Origin: an uncultured Alphaproteobacteria bacterium
Lineage (GTDB): Bacteria; Pseudomonadota; Alphaproteobacteria; RF32; CAG-239
Reading direction: 5' to 3'
Length of the DNA: 64,000 bases
Assembly (NCBI GenBank): GCA_944392275.1
Contig: CALXWA010000004.1
Location: forward strand, 93,408 to 157,407
Shown here one piece after another: positions 9,918-20,148 of this stretch. The translations under genes and the position numbers were made by a program. Within the stretch, counting starts at the first letter, position 1. Each line of letters begins with the position of its first letter. The notes under the pieces were generated by a model. That model ran no database searches and was not told where the DNA came from. It was given only the letters and a program-made list of their open reading frames with translations.

Positions 9918-11174
9918 CTAGAAATTATTTTTAAACCACGAAAAGACTTTTCCATACATTCCGCTTCCCGAACTACTGGGCTTGTTAACCAGTTTAGTCG
10001 GGCTTTTTTCGGTATAATTGATAGCAAACAACAACAAACCGATAGCGGTTGAAAATTCTGGATTATAGAGATTATCCGGCAGATTTCCGATATTTTTCGG
10101 CCGCCCCAAACGTACCTGCTTGTCCAACACCATGGAAGCAACTTCCCGAACTCCGGATAGCTGAGCCGCCCCTCCGGTCAAAACCACACGGTGACTGGAC
10201 ACATCGCCTAAACCGATATCTCTGAGCTTGCGAGCAACCATTTCAAAAGTTTCTTCTATTCGCGGTGTAATAATACTAATCAGTTCAGCCTTCGGAACTT
10301 GTTTGATAAAACTATCATCTTCTTCCCCAACCGGATAAACGTTGATGGTTTCTTCCTTATCTTGACTGGAAAGGAAAGCACATCCATGCAGCGTTTTCAA
10401 ACGTTCGGCATGAGAAAAAGACGTTGTCAAACCAAAAGCAACATCATTGGTTACATTGTTTCCACCAACCGGCAAAGAGCTAAAATAAACCGGAAATCCG
10501 TTACGGAACGTTACAAGAGAGGTTGTTCCCCCGCCCATGTCAACAACCGTTGCCCCCAGTTCACGCTCGTCTTCAACCAAGCAAGACAACCCTGAAGCAT
10601 AAGAAGAAAAAGCTTTTCCGGCAATTTCCAAATGAGCATTTTCAATCACGGTAGAGATATTGCGGAACAAAATATCGGGAACCAAGCCCAACAAAATATC
10701 AACCGACAACGTTTCTCCGTAAATATTCCGTGGATCTTTAATATCTTCACCATCATCAAGACGATAGTTGGTTGGCAAGCAATGGATTAACTCACAACCT
10801 TCAACATTAATTTTATGGATTCCCTTACCAATAACCTTGCTTAAATCGGCTTCATTTACCGGACGATTTTTGTTAAGGGCAATGGTCGAATCTTTAATAA
10901 CGCTTTTAATTTTATCACCGGATACATTAACAATAACCCGCTCAATGCGTTCATTAGCCATTTGTTCGGCAGCCTCAACGGCATTGCATACGGACAACGT
11001 TGCTTGATTAATATCGGTAATAATACCGTTTTTAATCCCTTTGGAAGCATTGTACCCATAACCGGCAATATTAATACGTTTATCGGCACCCACTTTGGCA
11101 ATAACACAACAAACCTTAGATGATCCGATATCTAAGGCGGCAATAGTTGTTAATCTTTTAAATGAGTGCTGCAC
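9918..11174 (-). CDS. ftsA: cell division protein FtsA
   Basis: Actin-fold motifs (ALDIGSSKV, VVDMGGGTT) and a position between ftsQ and ftsZ. Confidence 0.95.
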   Translation of the reverse strand: MQHSFKRLTTIAALDIGSSKVCCVIAKVGADKRINIAGYGYNASKGIKNGIITDINQATLSVCNAVEAAEQMANERIERVIVNVSGDKIKSVIKDSTIALNKNRPVNEADLSKVIGKGIHKINVEGCELIHCLPTNYRLDDGEDIKDPRNIYGETLSVDILLGLVPDILFRNISTVIENAHLEIAGKAFSSYASGLSCLVEDERELGATVVDMGGGTTSLVTFRNGFPVYFSSLPVGGNNVTNDVAFGLTTSFSHAERLKTLHGCAFLSSQDKEETINVYPVGEEDDSFIKQVPKAELISIITPRIEETFEMVARKLRDIGLGDVSSHRVVLTGGAAQLSGVREVASMVLDKQVRLGRPKNIGNLPDNLYNPEFSTAIGLLLFAINYTEKSPTKLVNKPSSSGSGMYGKVFSWFKNNF

Positions 11175-11198
11175 GAAATCACCTCTTTAACGATTCGC

Positions 11199-12062
11199 TC
11201 AGGTTCTCCTCTCCAAAGCATTTTTCAAAAGCTTAGAAGCATCGCCTGATGTTTTTCTAATTTTTACCACAATCTTATGAGGCAATCTTAAATCAATGAT
11301 GGTTAATTTACGTTTAAGAATCCCTTTGGTCTCATCAAGTTTTATCAATTTTTTCCAAACTTTATCAATATTGTCTTCGGGCAATTTAATGGTTATTCCG
11401 TCATGAATATCATCTAAAATCAAATTCCATCTTCTTTGAGAGATAAAATTGGCCACTTTTATTCTGGATAAATAACTTTCATCATTTTGGGCAATAATCT
11501 TAAGTAGACGATTCATATTTTCAGGAGCACCTTCTCCCACAACCAACAAAATTGGCTTCTTAACCCTGAAATCGGCATTAATAACTTCCCCATCTTCATC
11601 CAAAGGATAAAATTTTTCATTAATTTGCCATATAGCCTTAACCGACTTTTCTTGAATATCAATTTTAACAACATTCGGGAAAAAACTTCGACGAACATTG
11701 GCACTTTTAACCCAGGGTAATTTTTCAACTTCTTTCTTTATGGCAAAAACATCAATTTTGAGCATATTATCCCCTCGGTTCAATTTAACGGCATCAAGAA
11801 TTTCTTCTTGTGTTGTCATCTGTCTTCCGGTAATGATAATATCCCCAAGTTGCAATCCTTGGCGGCCGGCAAAATCAAAAATATTCTCTTTTACCTCTTC
11901 AATCCTTTTATTAACCAAATCATTTTTCAGAGTTAAAATAATTCCGCAAACCAAAGCAATAAACAACAATACAACCAGATTCCCGAACAAACGGTAGACC
12001 CATTCCGGTTCAAGTCTGAAAACAACGTTTTCGTTATTTTTGTTGGTTGTATTTTCTGTCAT
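11199..12062 (-). CDS. ftsQ: cell division protein FtsQ
   Basis: Single N-terminal TM followed by a POTRA-like region, in the dcw position upstream of ftsA. Confidence 0.85.
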   Translation of the reverse strand: MTENTTNKNNENVVFRLEPEWVYRLFGNLVVLLFIALVCGIILTLKNDLVNKRIEEVKENIFDFAGRQGLQLGDIIITGRQMTTQEEILDAVKLNRGDNMLKIDVFAIKKEVEKLPWVKSANVRRSFFPNVVKIDIQEKSVKAIWQINEKFYPLDEDGEVINADFRVKKPILLVVGEGAPENMNRLLKIIAQNDESYLSRIKVANFISQRRWNLILDDIHDGITIKLPEDNIDKVWKKLIKLDETKGILKRKLTIIDLRLPHKIVVKIRKTSGDASKLLKNALERRT

Positions 12063-12064
12063 AA

Positions 12065-12988
12065 TTATTTATGCACGCCCAATCGTTTAACTTCCCACTC
12101 CAGAGTAATCGACGTTTCGTCCTTAACTCGTTGAACAATCGTCTCGCCCAAAGTTTCCAAATCTCGAGCCGTAGCCTTTCCCGTATTAATCAAAAAATTA
12201 CAATGCTTTTCGGAAACTTTTGCCCCGTTGACAACCAAATCGGCACATCCGGCTTTTTTGATTAACTCCCAGGCTTTCAAACCTTCGGGATTTTTAAACG
12301 TTGATCCGGCGGTTCTTTCATTGTAGGGCTGAGAAGCAACTCTTTTGGCTTTATTTTCCTGTAAAATCTTATTGGTAACAACCGGATCTTGAGGTTCTGC
12401 CTTTAAGGTTAAGGAAGTTATAATCCAATCATCGGGATAATGACTACTCCGATACCCAAGTAACAAATCCTCTGCCGGAACTTCCTTTTGATCACCATTT
12501 TCATCAATAATGGTCACTTTGACCAAAACATCTTTAAGTTCTTTACCATAACAACCGGCATTGGTCTTAACGGCACCTCCCAAATGTCCCGGAATAGAAC
12601 ATAAAAATTCTAATCCGCCCAACGCATTTCCGAGCATTACTTTTTCAAGCTCACCGTTTCTCATCCCGGCTCCACAGGTCAAAAGACAACCATCTACCTT
12701 ACAACGGCGATAATACTTTCCGGTCAATTTAATAACAACTCCGGGGATTCCGCCGTCCCGAACCAATAAATTTGAACCGCCGCCAATAACGCAAATCGGC
12801 AAATTATAAGGCCGTGTCTTCATAAAAAAGCTCAAATCATCATCATCTTCGGGAAGATACATAACCTCGGCCGGTCCCCCAACTCCAAACCACGTATGCC
12901 GAGACATCGGTTCATCACATTTATATCTTCCGCGAACTTCCGGCAAAAGTTTAACCAATTCATTTTGTTTATGTAGAAGATGAAACAT
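12065..12988 (-). CDS. murB: UDP-N-acetylenolpyruvoylglucosamine reductase
   Basis: Motifs GGGSNLLVRDGG and AGSTFKNP. I chose the ATG at 12988, which has GGAGG upstream and lies 1 nt after the murG stop, rather than the longer ORF start. Confidence 0.9.
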   Translation of the reverse strand: MFHLLHKQNELVKLLPEVRGRYKCDEPMSRHTWFGVGGPAEVMYLPEDDDDLSFFMKTRPYNLPICVIGGGSNLLVRDGGIPGVVIKLTGKYYRRCKVDGCLLTCGAGMRNGELEKVMLGNALGGLEFLCSIPGHLGGAVKTNAGCYGKELKDVLVKVTIIDENGDQKEVPAEDLLLGYRSSHYPDDWIITSLTLKAEPQDPVVTNKILQENKAKRVASQPYNERTAGSTFKNPEGLKAWELIKKAGCADLVVNGAKVSEKHCNFLINTGKATARDLETLGETIVQRVKDETSITLEWEVKRLGVHK

Positions 12989-12989
12989 T

Positions 12990-14120
12990 TTACCCCTCCG
13001 TCTGGTTTGAGTTGATAATATGATGCTCAAGAGCATCAGCAAAGCGTTTTGCCGCATCAGCAATTGCAACTTTCGAAGTATTTTGAGCCATTTTTTCCAA
13101 TTTATCCGGATGTTTAATCAAATCCTCCAAAACTTTTTCAACCTTTTCAGAAGTAAACTCCGTCTGCATAAAAACAAGACCGGCTTGAACATCGGCAATT
13201 TCTTTAGCGTTTAAGGTTTGATGATCATCCGCTGCGGTTGGTAACGGCACCAAGATTGACGGAACTCCGGCAACCGCAATCTCTGAAACGGAAGATGCTC
13301 CGGCGCGTGAAATAATCAAATGGATTTGAGCATACATTTCTGCCATATTGTCAAAAAAGCTTTTTACTTCAACATCGCAAACACTTCCGCGAAAACTTTC
13401 CCGTACCGTATTTTCTTCCCCCCTGCGACACTGTTGATGCAAAGAAATTCTTTTTTGTAAATCTTTATCTAAATTTTTGATTGCACTCGGAAGAACTTCA
13501 CCAAAAACTTTTGCTCCCTGAGATCCACCCAAAACTAAAATTTTTATTTTTTCTCCGTCTTTTAACTTCGGATACACCCGCCCATAAAGAGCCGTAATTG
13601 CCTCTCTTACCGGCATACCGGTTAAGACCGTTTTGGCTCCCAGAGGAGTATATTTTACTTTTTTGAAACTTTGTGCAATAAGCGAAGCATATTTGCTCAA
13701 AAACCGATTAGTCCGACTCATAACAGAGTTTTGTTCATGGATAACCAAATCAATCCCGGAAAGAAGAGCCGCCATAGAAGCGGGAAAAGAAGCATACCCT
13801 CCAAATCCTACCACACAAACCGGACGTTCTCTAAGTAAAATCCATCCGGCTTGCAAAACTCCGATACCGGTTTTAAACAAACTTTTAATTTTAAACCATT
13901 TTGATTTTCCAACAATTCCACCGGACCAAACGGCATAATTTTTAATTTGTCCGAGCTTTCCTTTATAGTTATCTTTACCGCGACTATCGGTGATCAAAGC
14001 AAGACGATAGCCTCTTTTTTCCAATTCTTCCGCCAAAGCTTCTGCCGGATAAACATGTCCGCCGGTTCCTCCGGCTGTTAAGATTATTAGCGGTTTTTTC
14101 TGACTTTTAACCTTCTTCAT
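12990..14120 (-). CDS. murG: lipid II GlcNAc transferase MurG
   Basis: Motif TAGGTGGHVYPAEALA. The start at ATG 14120 is inferred, and the ORF extends further upstream. Confidence 0.9.
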   Translation of the reverse strand: MKKVKSQKKPLIILTAGGTGGHVYPAEALAEELEKRGYRLALITDSRGKDNYKGKLGQIKNYAVWSGGIVGKSKWFKIKSLFKTGIGVLQAGWILLRERPVCVVGFGGYASFPASMAALLSGIDLVIHEQNSVMSRTNRFLSKYASLIAQSFKKVKYTPLGAKTVLTGMPVREAITALYGRVYPKLKDGEKIKILVLGGSQGAKVFGEVLPSAIKNLDKDLQKRISLHQQCRRGEENTVRESFRGSVCDVEVKSFFDNMAEMYAQIHLIISRAGASSVSEIAVAGVPSILVPLPTAADDHQTLNAKEIADVQAGLVFMQTEFTSEKVEKVLEDLIKHPDKLEKMAQNTSKVAIADAAKRFADALEHHIINSNQTEG

Positions 14121-15240
14121 CTTTATCCTCCGCATGAACATTTTTTCGGGTAATTGCCAACAACATTCCAATTCCTAATGCACTCGCCAACAAAGAAGAC
14201 CCGCCGTAAGAAATAAAGGGTAATGTCATTCCTTTTGTTGGCATCAAGTGTAAGGTAGATGCCATATTAATAATTCCTTGCAAGCCAAAACTTGCCGCCA
14301 GTCCGGCCGATGCCAAAATAATAAATAAATTATTATCTTTGCAAGAAATCAGCATTGACCGGATAACAATCATGGCATAGATAGCAACAATAATCAAGCA
14401 CAACAAAATTCCATATTCTTCACCTGCGACGGCAAAAATAAAATCGGTATGAGCATCCGGAATATGAACTTTGACCACACCTTCCCCAGGCCCCATTCCA
14501 AAAATATTCCCATTTTGAAAAGCTTCTAAAGATTTTTTAACCTGATAACTCAAATTATTTTCCGATGCCATAAATTGAGCAATACGCACCTGTACGTGGG
14601 GAAACATCAAATACGCAAAAACAGCCATAAACAAAGCTGCTCCAATCATAATCCCGACAACAACCAAAGACAATCCGGACAAAAAGAATTGAAAACCCCA
14701 AATCACCGTAACAACAAAAGACATCCCGATATCAGGCTGCAAGACCAACAAAAACAACGTAAAGGCATACAATCCGATGGATAAAAGATTTCCCGGAAAA
14801 TCCTGATATTTCTTTTGCCCGTCAAACAACCAAGCGGCAACAACGGCAAATGTTGGTTTAATAAATTCCGACGGCTGTAACGAAAAACCCAAAATACGGA
14901 TCCAACGGGATGCCCCTTTGGTCTCTTCTCCCCAAAACAAAGTCATAATCGTTAAAGCAATCGCAATAACATAGCCGATGATAGCCGTCCGTCGAATAGT
15001 CTTTAAGCTTTGCATGGAAAGGAGCAGCATCACACCGCCGGCTAAAAATAAGAAAAAAATCTGTCGTTTGATAAAATGATAACTCTCAACACCAATCTTG
15101 TTTGCAATCGCCGGACTGGCTGAAAAATTAAGAAAGATACCGATAACAACAATTGCTCCAACCAAAAACAACAATCCTTTGTCTACGGTCCACCAAAGGT
15201 TTGCCAATTTTCCGGTGCTGTTTCTGGATAATGAAAACAT
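14107..15240 (-). CDS. ftsW: SEDS-family peptidoglycan polymerase FtsW
   Basis: Polytopic SEDS motifs (PSEFIKP, LPFISYGGSS) in a dcw context. Confidence 0.9.
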   Translation of the reverse strand: MFSLSRNSTGKLANLWWTVDKGLLFLVGAIVVIGIFLNFSASPAIANKIGVESYHFIKRQIFFLFLAGGVMLLLSMQSLKTIRRTAIIGYVIAIALTIMTLFWGEETKGASRWIRILGFSLQPSEFIKPTFAVVAAWLFDGQKKYQDFPGNLLSIGLYAFTLFLLVLQPDIGMSFVVTVIWGFQFFLSGLSLVVVGIMIGAALFMAVFAYLMFPHVQVRIAQFMASENNLSYQVKKSLEAFQNGNIFGMGPGEGVVKVHIPDAHTDFIFAVAGEEYGILLCLIIVAIYAMIVIRSMLISCKDNNLFIILASAGLAASFGLQGIINMASTLHLMPTKGMTLPFISYGGSSLLASALGIGMLLAITRKNVHAEDKDEEG

Positions 15241-15248
15241 GTTTTCCT

Positions 15249-16298
15249 CTACTTAAGATGCAAAGCCGTTAATCCGACAACCAATAAAATTGCCCCCACA
15301 ATCCAAAAGCGGATGACAACTCGTGTTTCCGGCCAACCGAGCTGTTCAAAATGATGATGAATAGGTGCCATCTTAAAAAAGCGTTTTCCGGTACGTCTAA
15401 ACCAAAAGACTTGTATCATAACAGAAACGGCTTCTAAAACAAAAATTCCACCCACAACAGCCAACATAATTTCTTGTTTAACCATAACGGCAACGGTACC
15501 GAGCAAAGCCCCCAAGGCTAAAGAGCCCGTGTCTCCCATAAACACTTTTGCCGGAGAGGCATTAAACCACAAAAATCCCAAACACCCGCCGATAACAGCC
15601 GCTGAAACAATTGCAATTTCAGAAGCGGTCGGTATTGCCCGAATATCAAAATACGAGCTCAAATCACTTCCGCACAAATAAGCCACAATCATAAAAAAGA
15701 GAAAAGACGCAACCAACAAACCGGAGGCCAAACCATCCAAACCATCGGTTAAATTAACCGCATTAGAAGCTCCGACAATAACCACCATAGCAAAGGGAAT
15801 ATAAAACCATGCCAAGTTAAGTGCCAAATTCTTAAAATATGGAATATTCAACACATATTGGCTTTCCGTCGGAGTTTCATAAGTAATAACGCCAACGGCA
15901 ATCAAAGCCGTCGTAAATTGCAAAAACAATTTCATTTTTGCACTCATGGCATTTGCCGTTTGTTTCGTAACCTTCACATAATCATCCGCAAACCCGACAA
16001 AACCATAGACCACAAGAACAGCAATCGAAATCCAAACCCATTTATTTGCTAAATCGGACCATAACAACATCGACAAGATTGCCGCCCCTATAATAAGCAA
16101 TCCCCCCATGGTCGGGGTTCCCTTTTTGGTTAGCAAATGCGATTGAGGACCATCTTCTCGAATTGGTTGTCCTTTTGCTTGATGATGATGCAAAAAAGCA
16201 ATCAGTTTTTCCCCACACAACAAGGCAACCGCTAAAGATGAAAAAAAAGCCGCAAAAATTCTGACCCAAATACTGTCGGCAAACAAATACTGAAACAT
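15249..16298 (-). CDS. mraY: phospho-N-acetylmuramoyl-pentapeptide transferase
   Basis: Motifs NAVNLTDGLDGLA and MGDTGSLALG. Confidence 0.95.
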   Translation of the reverse strand: MFQYLFADSIWVRIFAAFFSSLAVALLCGEKLIAFLHHHQAKGQPIREDGPQSHLLTKKGTPTMGGLLIIGAAILSMLLWSDLANKWVWISIAVLVVYGFVGFADDYVKVTKQTANAMSAKMKLFLQFTTALIAVGVITYETPTESQYVLNIPYFKNLALNLAWFYIPFAMVVIVGASNAVNLTDGLDGLASGLLVASFLFFMIVAYLCGSDLSSYFDIRAIPTASEIAIVSAAVIGGCLGFLWFNASPAKVFMGDTGSLALGALLGTVAVMVKQEIMLAVVGGIFVLEAVSVMIQVFWFRRTGKRFFKMAPIHHHFEQLGWPETRVVIRFWIVGAILLVVGLTALHLK

Positions 16299-16399
16299 TC
16301 CGTCGTCCCTAAACCAAAATTAAATTTGCCTTTAATATACTTCGCCAAATCTAAAATAAGTATTAAGAAACACAGAAAGTTTTAAGAGAAAAAATACAT

Positions 16400-17461
16400 T
16401 TAATCTTTGTAAAGAGAACTCTGTTTATAATTTTCGATAGCATGTCGGACCAATACGCCGATAATTGCCGCCAAAGGTACCGCCATCATCAAGCCCAAAA
16501 AGCCCAACAAGACACCTCCGGCCAACAACGCAAACATAACCCACACCGGATGCAAACCTATAGAATCACCGACCAATTTCGGGGTTAAAAAGTTTCCTTC
16601 CAAAAATTGCCCAACCATAAAGACACCGACAACTTCGGCAATTGGCCCCCAAGAATCAAACTGAGCAAAGGCTATTGCCAAACTGACCACAAAACCGGAT
16701 ATCGTTCCGACATAAGGAATAAAAGACAAAATCCCTGCCAAAAAACCGACCAAAATACCCAAGTCCAAACCGACCCAGTACAGTCCCAGCCCATAAAAAG
16801 TTCCAAGCAAGACACAAACCGACAACTGACCACGAATAAAGGAAGCCAAAATACAATCAATTTCTTTAGCCTGTTTTTCAATAGCTTTTTTAGAATGCTT
16901 CGGCAACAAACTGTCAACTTTAGCCACAAACTGATCCCAATCCCGCAACATATAAAAAGCCACAACCGGAGTAATCAAGAGCAAAGACAAGACATTGACG
17001 ATGGCAAAACCACTGGTAACCACACGTCGCAACAAGTTAACCAAAATTTTCAATCCGTTGCCAAGATTGCTGCTTAAATATTCACGGATTTTATCCGGCT
17101 GCAAGGATGGAAAATCATCTTGCAAACGCAAAGCAATCGGTTCGATTTTTTTGACCAAAGAACCGATATAATTTGGCAAAACCTTTAAAAAGGCCCCCAA
17201 TTGCTCATCAATCATACCAAACAACAAAAACAGTGCCGGCACCAACAAAAGAACAACCAAAATCATGACGGTAACCGTCGCCCAGGTTCGATTCATTCCT
17301 ATTTTTTCAAACTTACTGGCCCACGGGTCTAACAAATACCCGATAATAATTCCGGCAACAAAAGGCAAAAGGACAGAACGTAACATATAAACAAAAATAC
17401 AAAAAACAAGAAAAACGGTTAACCAAATAATTGCTCTGTTGCTTTTGCCGATTTTATACAT
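16400..17461 (-). CDS. AI-2E (PerM) family transporter
   Basis: 353-aa protein with about 8 TM segments and an AI-2E-like C-terminal half (IPYVGT..FLEGNFLTPKLVG). Confidence 0.75.
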   Translation of the reverse strand: MYKIGKSNRAIIWLTVFLVFCIFVYMLRSVLLPFVAGIIIGYLLDPWASKFEKIGMNRTWATVTVMILVVLLLVPALFLLFGMIDEQLGAFLKVLPNYIGSLVKKIEPIALRLQDDFPSLQPDKIREYLSSNLGNGLKILVNLLRRVVTSGFAIVNVLSLLLITPVVAFYMLRDWDQFVAKVDSLLPKHSKKAIEKQAKEIDCILASFIRGQLSVCVLLGTFYGLGLYWVGLDLGILVGFLAGILSFIPYVGTISGFVVSLAIAFAQFDSWGPIAEVVGVFMVGQFLEGNFLTPKLVGDSIGLHPVWVMFALLAGGVLLGFLGLMMAVPLAAIIGVLVRHAIENYKQSSLYKD

Positions 17462-17472
17462 ACCAAACTTCC

Positions 17473-18531
17473 CTATACTTTTTCCAAAACAAAGAACTTT
17501 CCGTCTTCACGCAAATTATAATGCTTTTCACGTAAAGCATATAAAAACTTTTCCGCACTTCCCATAAATGTCAACTTAAATTGAACCAAATTTGTTCCCA
17601 TAGCTTGAACTTCTATAGTTTTAATATATGGAATGTCAGAAAGGGCTTGCTGTGCTTCCACCCATTCTCTTAAACTTCTAAAGCTAAACATAACCGTATA
17701 TTCAGACTCAAGAGAAGCCTCTGCAAGACTTTTTTGCTTCTGTTTTTGCTCAATATGGTTTTGCATTTCGGCCACCGCTTTATTAAACAAAGCGATTCCC
17801 GAACTCCGATCCCCGGAAACACGAATAACTTCGGTTTCTCCGCCAAACGGGGTCGAATTAATAATCAAGCCTTCTATGCCGTCATATACGGCATCTAAGA
17901 CATAAACTTCATCAACATGGTTAAGAACCTTTAATTTATTTAAGATAAAGCTATCCATCTTAGCAATACGATTGATATCAACGATTTCATAATTTGCACC
18001 ATTGGCCGGCAAAGAAATAAAAGTAGATATTTCCCCTCTCGGAGCACTCTCCCAAGCTTGCCGCCATAAATTATCACTTTCCCATAACATCGGCGGATCC
18101 GTATTAAAAACACGAAACAACGGAATAACCAAAACTTTCAGATTGCTTTGTAAGATCAATGGAATTTGACGTTCTTGCATATATTGCTTTAAAATATCTT
18201 CATTAATAACAACCTTCAAATTAGCAATATAGCGAACAGCGGAAGATTTTTCATCAATAATAAAAACCTCTTTAATAAAGTTGACCAATTGGTCATCGGT
18301 CATTCCGGTAAGTCGTAAAACACCTTCATCGGTTGTAATTCTTTTTGCCACTTCAGACAAAGCGGCACGATTAGCTTCTCGCAAAGCTCTCTCTCGAGCC
18401 ATCGAAGCATTTTCATCCGTCACATCAACATTCACTTCAACAGTAAACCGTTCTTCATCTGCTTTGGCCTCTGTCAAACAAACACAAAAAGCACCAAACA
18501 AGAGGATAATAAACCGAAAACTCTTTAACAC
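17473..18531 (-). CDS. secreted protein, DUF2066-like
   Basis: Signal peptide, then TVEVNVDVTDENASMARERALREANRAALSEVAKRIT. From memory, this resembles DUF2066 proteins that often sit beside perM. Confidence 0.4.
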   Translation of the reverse strand: MLKSFRFIILLFGAFCVCLTEAKADEERFTVEVNVDVTDENASMARERALREANRAALSEVAKRITTDEGVLRLTGMTDDQLVNFIKEVFIIDEKSSAVRYIANLKVVINEDILKQYMQERQIPLILQSNLKVLVIPLFRVFNTDPPMLWESDNLWRQAWESAPRGEISTFISLPANGANYEIVDINRIAKMDSFILNKLKVLNHVDEVYVLDAVYDGIEGLIINSTPFGGETEVIRVSGDRSSGIALFNKAVAEMQNHIEQKQKQKSLAEASLESEYTVMFSFRSLREWVEAQQALSDIPYIKTIEVQAMGTNLVQFKLTFMGSAEKFLYALREKHYNLREDGKFFVLEKV

Positions 18532-18550
18532 GCTTTACTCCGTCGGCAAC

Positions 18551-18970
18551 TTATTCAAAAATCTCAATTTTACTAAAAAAGAATTCAATTTCTCTCTTAG
18601 CGGATTCCAAAGAATCTGAACCATGAACGCTATTTTTATCAATAGACAAGGCATAAGTTTTCCGAATTGTTCCCTCTTCGGCCACGGCCGGATTTGTAGC
18701 CCCCATAATTTTCCGATACCGAGCCACCGCATCTTCGCCTTCCAAAACCTGAACAATAACCGGAGCCGACGTCATAAAATTAATCAACGAAGAAAAGAAC
18801 GTTTTTTCCTGATGTTCACGATAAAATTCTTCGGCCTGAGCTGATGTCAAATGAATTCTTTTTTGAGCCACAATACGCAATCCGGCGTCTTCAATCATGG
18901 CATTGATTTTACCGGTAATATTCCGTTCCACGGCATCCGGTTTAATAATTGATAACGTTCTTTCTTGCAT
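18551..18970 (-). CDS. ndk: nucleoside diphosphate kinase
   Basis: Motifs [12 protein letters not shown] and NSVHGSDS (active-site His). I chose the ATG at 18970. Confidence 0.95.
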   Translation of the reverse strand: MQERTLSIIKPDAVERNITGKINAMIEDAGLRIVAQKRIHLTSAQAEEFYREHQEKTFFSSLINFMTSAPVIVQVLEGEDAVARYRKIMGATNPAVAEEGTIRKTYALSIDKNSVHGSDSLESAKREIEFFFSKIEIFE

Positions 18971-19103
18971 CAATTTTCTCCCTTTTATAAAAAACATAAA
19001 CGATAATATTACACTTTATACAAATAATCAAAAGATATTTTGACTTTTGAAAACAATAAGTGTAAACCATAAAAAAAATAATCAGAGAATAAGGATATTT
19101 CAA

Positions 19104-20111
19104 ATGTTAAAAAGCCAATATATCAATGATATAATTTCCAAAGCTAAAAAGCTGAATAAAACAATTGTTTTACCGGAAGGTGAAGACGAACGTGTTCTGA
19201 AAGCTGCCCATATATGCAGTGATGAGAAGATTGCCAAAATCATTATCTTAGGAGACAAAAAATCCATTCAAGATTATTTTGCCAAAGAAGGTTGGAGCAT
19301 GGACAACATTACCGTTATCCAACCGGAAACATCGGAACACCTTGGTGAATATTCAGACCTTTTATACAACCTCCGCAAAGAAAAAGGATTAAGCAAAGAA
19401 GAGGCCGATAAATTAGCTCTTAACTATAATTATTTTGGCACATTAATGATTAAATCCGGACATGCGGACGGAATGGTCTCTGGGGCCAACCACTCCACGG
19501 CAGACACGGTTCGCCCGGCGTTGCAAATCATCAAATCCGCTCGAAAGGATCGTGGCGTTTCTTCTTTATTTATTGTTGTATGCAACGGAAAATCTTATTA
19601 TTTGTCGGACTGTGCCATCAACATCAATCCCAGTGCAAAAGAACTGGCCGACATTGCTGTCGAAAGTGCAGAAACGGTTATGCAGCTCGGAGATGAGCCA
19701 AGAATAGCCATGCTATCTTATTCGACCTATGGCTCCGGCAAAGGCGAAAGTGTAAACAAAGTAAAAGAGGCAACCGACATTGCCAAAGCGATTTTAGCAT
19801 CGGATGAATATAAAAAATTCAACATCAAATTAGACGGAGAACTTCAAGCTGATGCTTCTTTAGATAAAGTTGTCGCCAAGAAAAAAGCTCCGACATCAGA
19901 GGTTGCCGGACAAGCCAATACGCTTATTTTCCCAAATATTGATGCCGGAAATATCGGTTGTAAATTACTTCAACGTCTGGGCAATGCCGAACTTTACGGC
20001 CCGATGCTCCAAGGCTTAAACGCACCGGTTAACGACCTTTCTCGCGGTTGCTTTGCAGAAGATATTGTTGGCTTGATTGCCTTAACGGCACTTCAATCCA
20101 CTCATCAATAA
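19104..20111 (+). CDS. pta: phosphate acetyltransferase (short PTA_PTB type)
   Basis: Motifs IVLPEGEDERVLKAA and GADGMVSG. ATG at 19104 has AAGGA upstream. The gene is adjacent to ackA. Confidence 0.9.
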   Translation: MLKSQYINDIISKAKKLNKTIVLPEGEDERVLKAAHICSDEKIAKIIILGDKKSIQDYFAKEGWSMDNITVIQPETSEHLGEYSDLLYNLRKEKGLSKEEADKLALNYNYFGTLMIKSGHADGMVSGANHSTADTVRPALQIIKSARKDRGVSSLFIVVCNGKSYYLSDCAININPSAKELADIAVESAETVMQLGDEPRIAMLSYSTYGSGKGESVNKVKEATDIAKAILASDEYKKFNIKLDGELQADASLDKVVAKKKAPTSEVAGQANTLIFPNIDAGNIGCKLLQRLGNAELYGPMLQGLNAPVNDLSRGCFAEDIVGLIALTALQSTHQ

Positions 20112-20148
20112 ACAAAAAATCAAGATGCAATAAAATAAGGATGATATA

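Noticed and set aside
12989-13069. N-terminal extensions offered by the ORF track, for example murB to 13069. The same applies to murG, ndk, pta, flgB, ccrM, ugd, uxs and the autotransporter.
   Set aside because: Internal ATGs with ribosome-binding sites give N-termini that match family norms and remove overlaps with upstream genes. Several of the longer starts are TTG or GTG codons without an RBS.
16607-17077. 156-aa ORF antisense to the AI-2E transporter gene, and the nested 16656-16965 ORFs.
   Set aside because: The translation is Q/N/K-rich with no motifs, and it lies fully inside a well-supported membrane protein gene.
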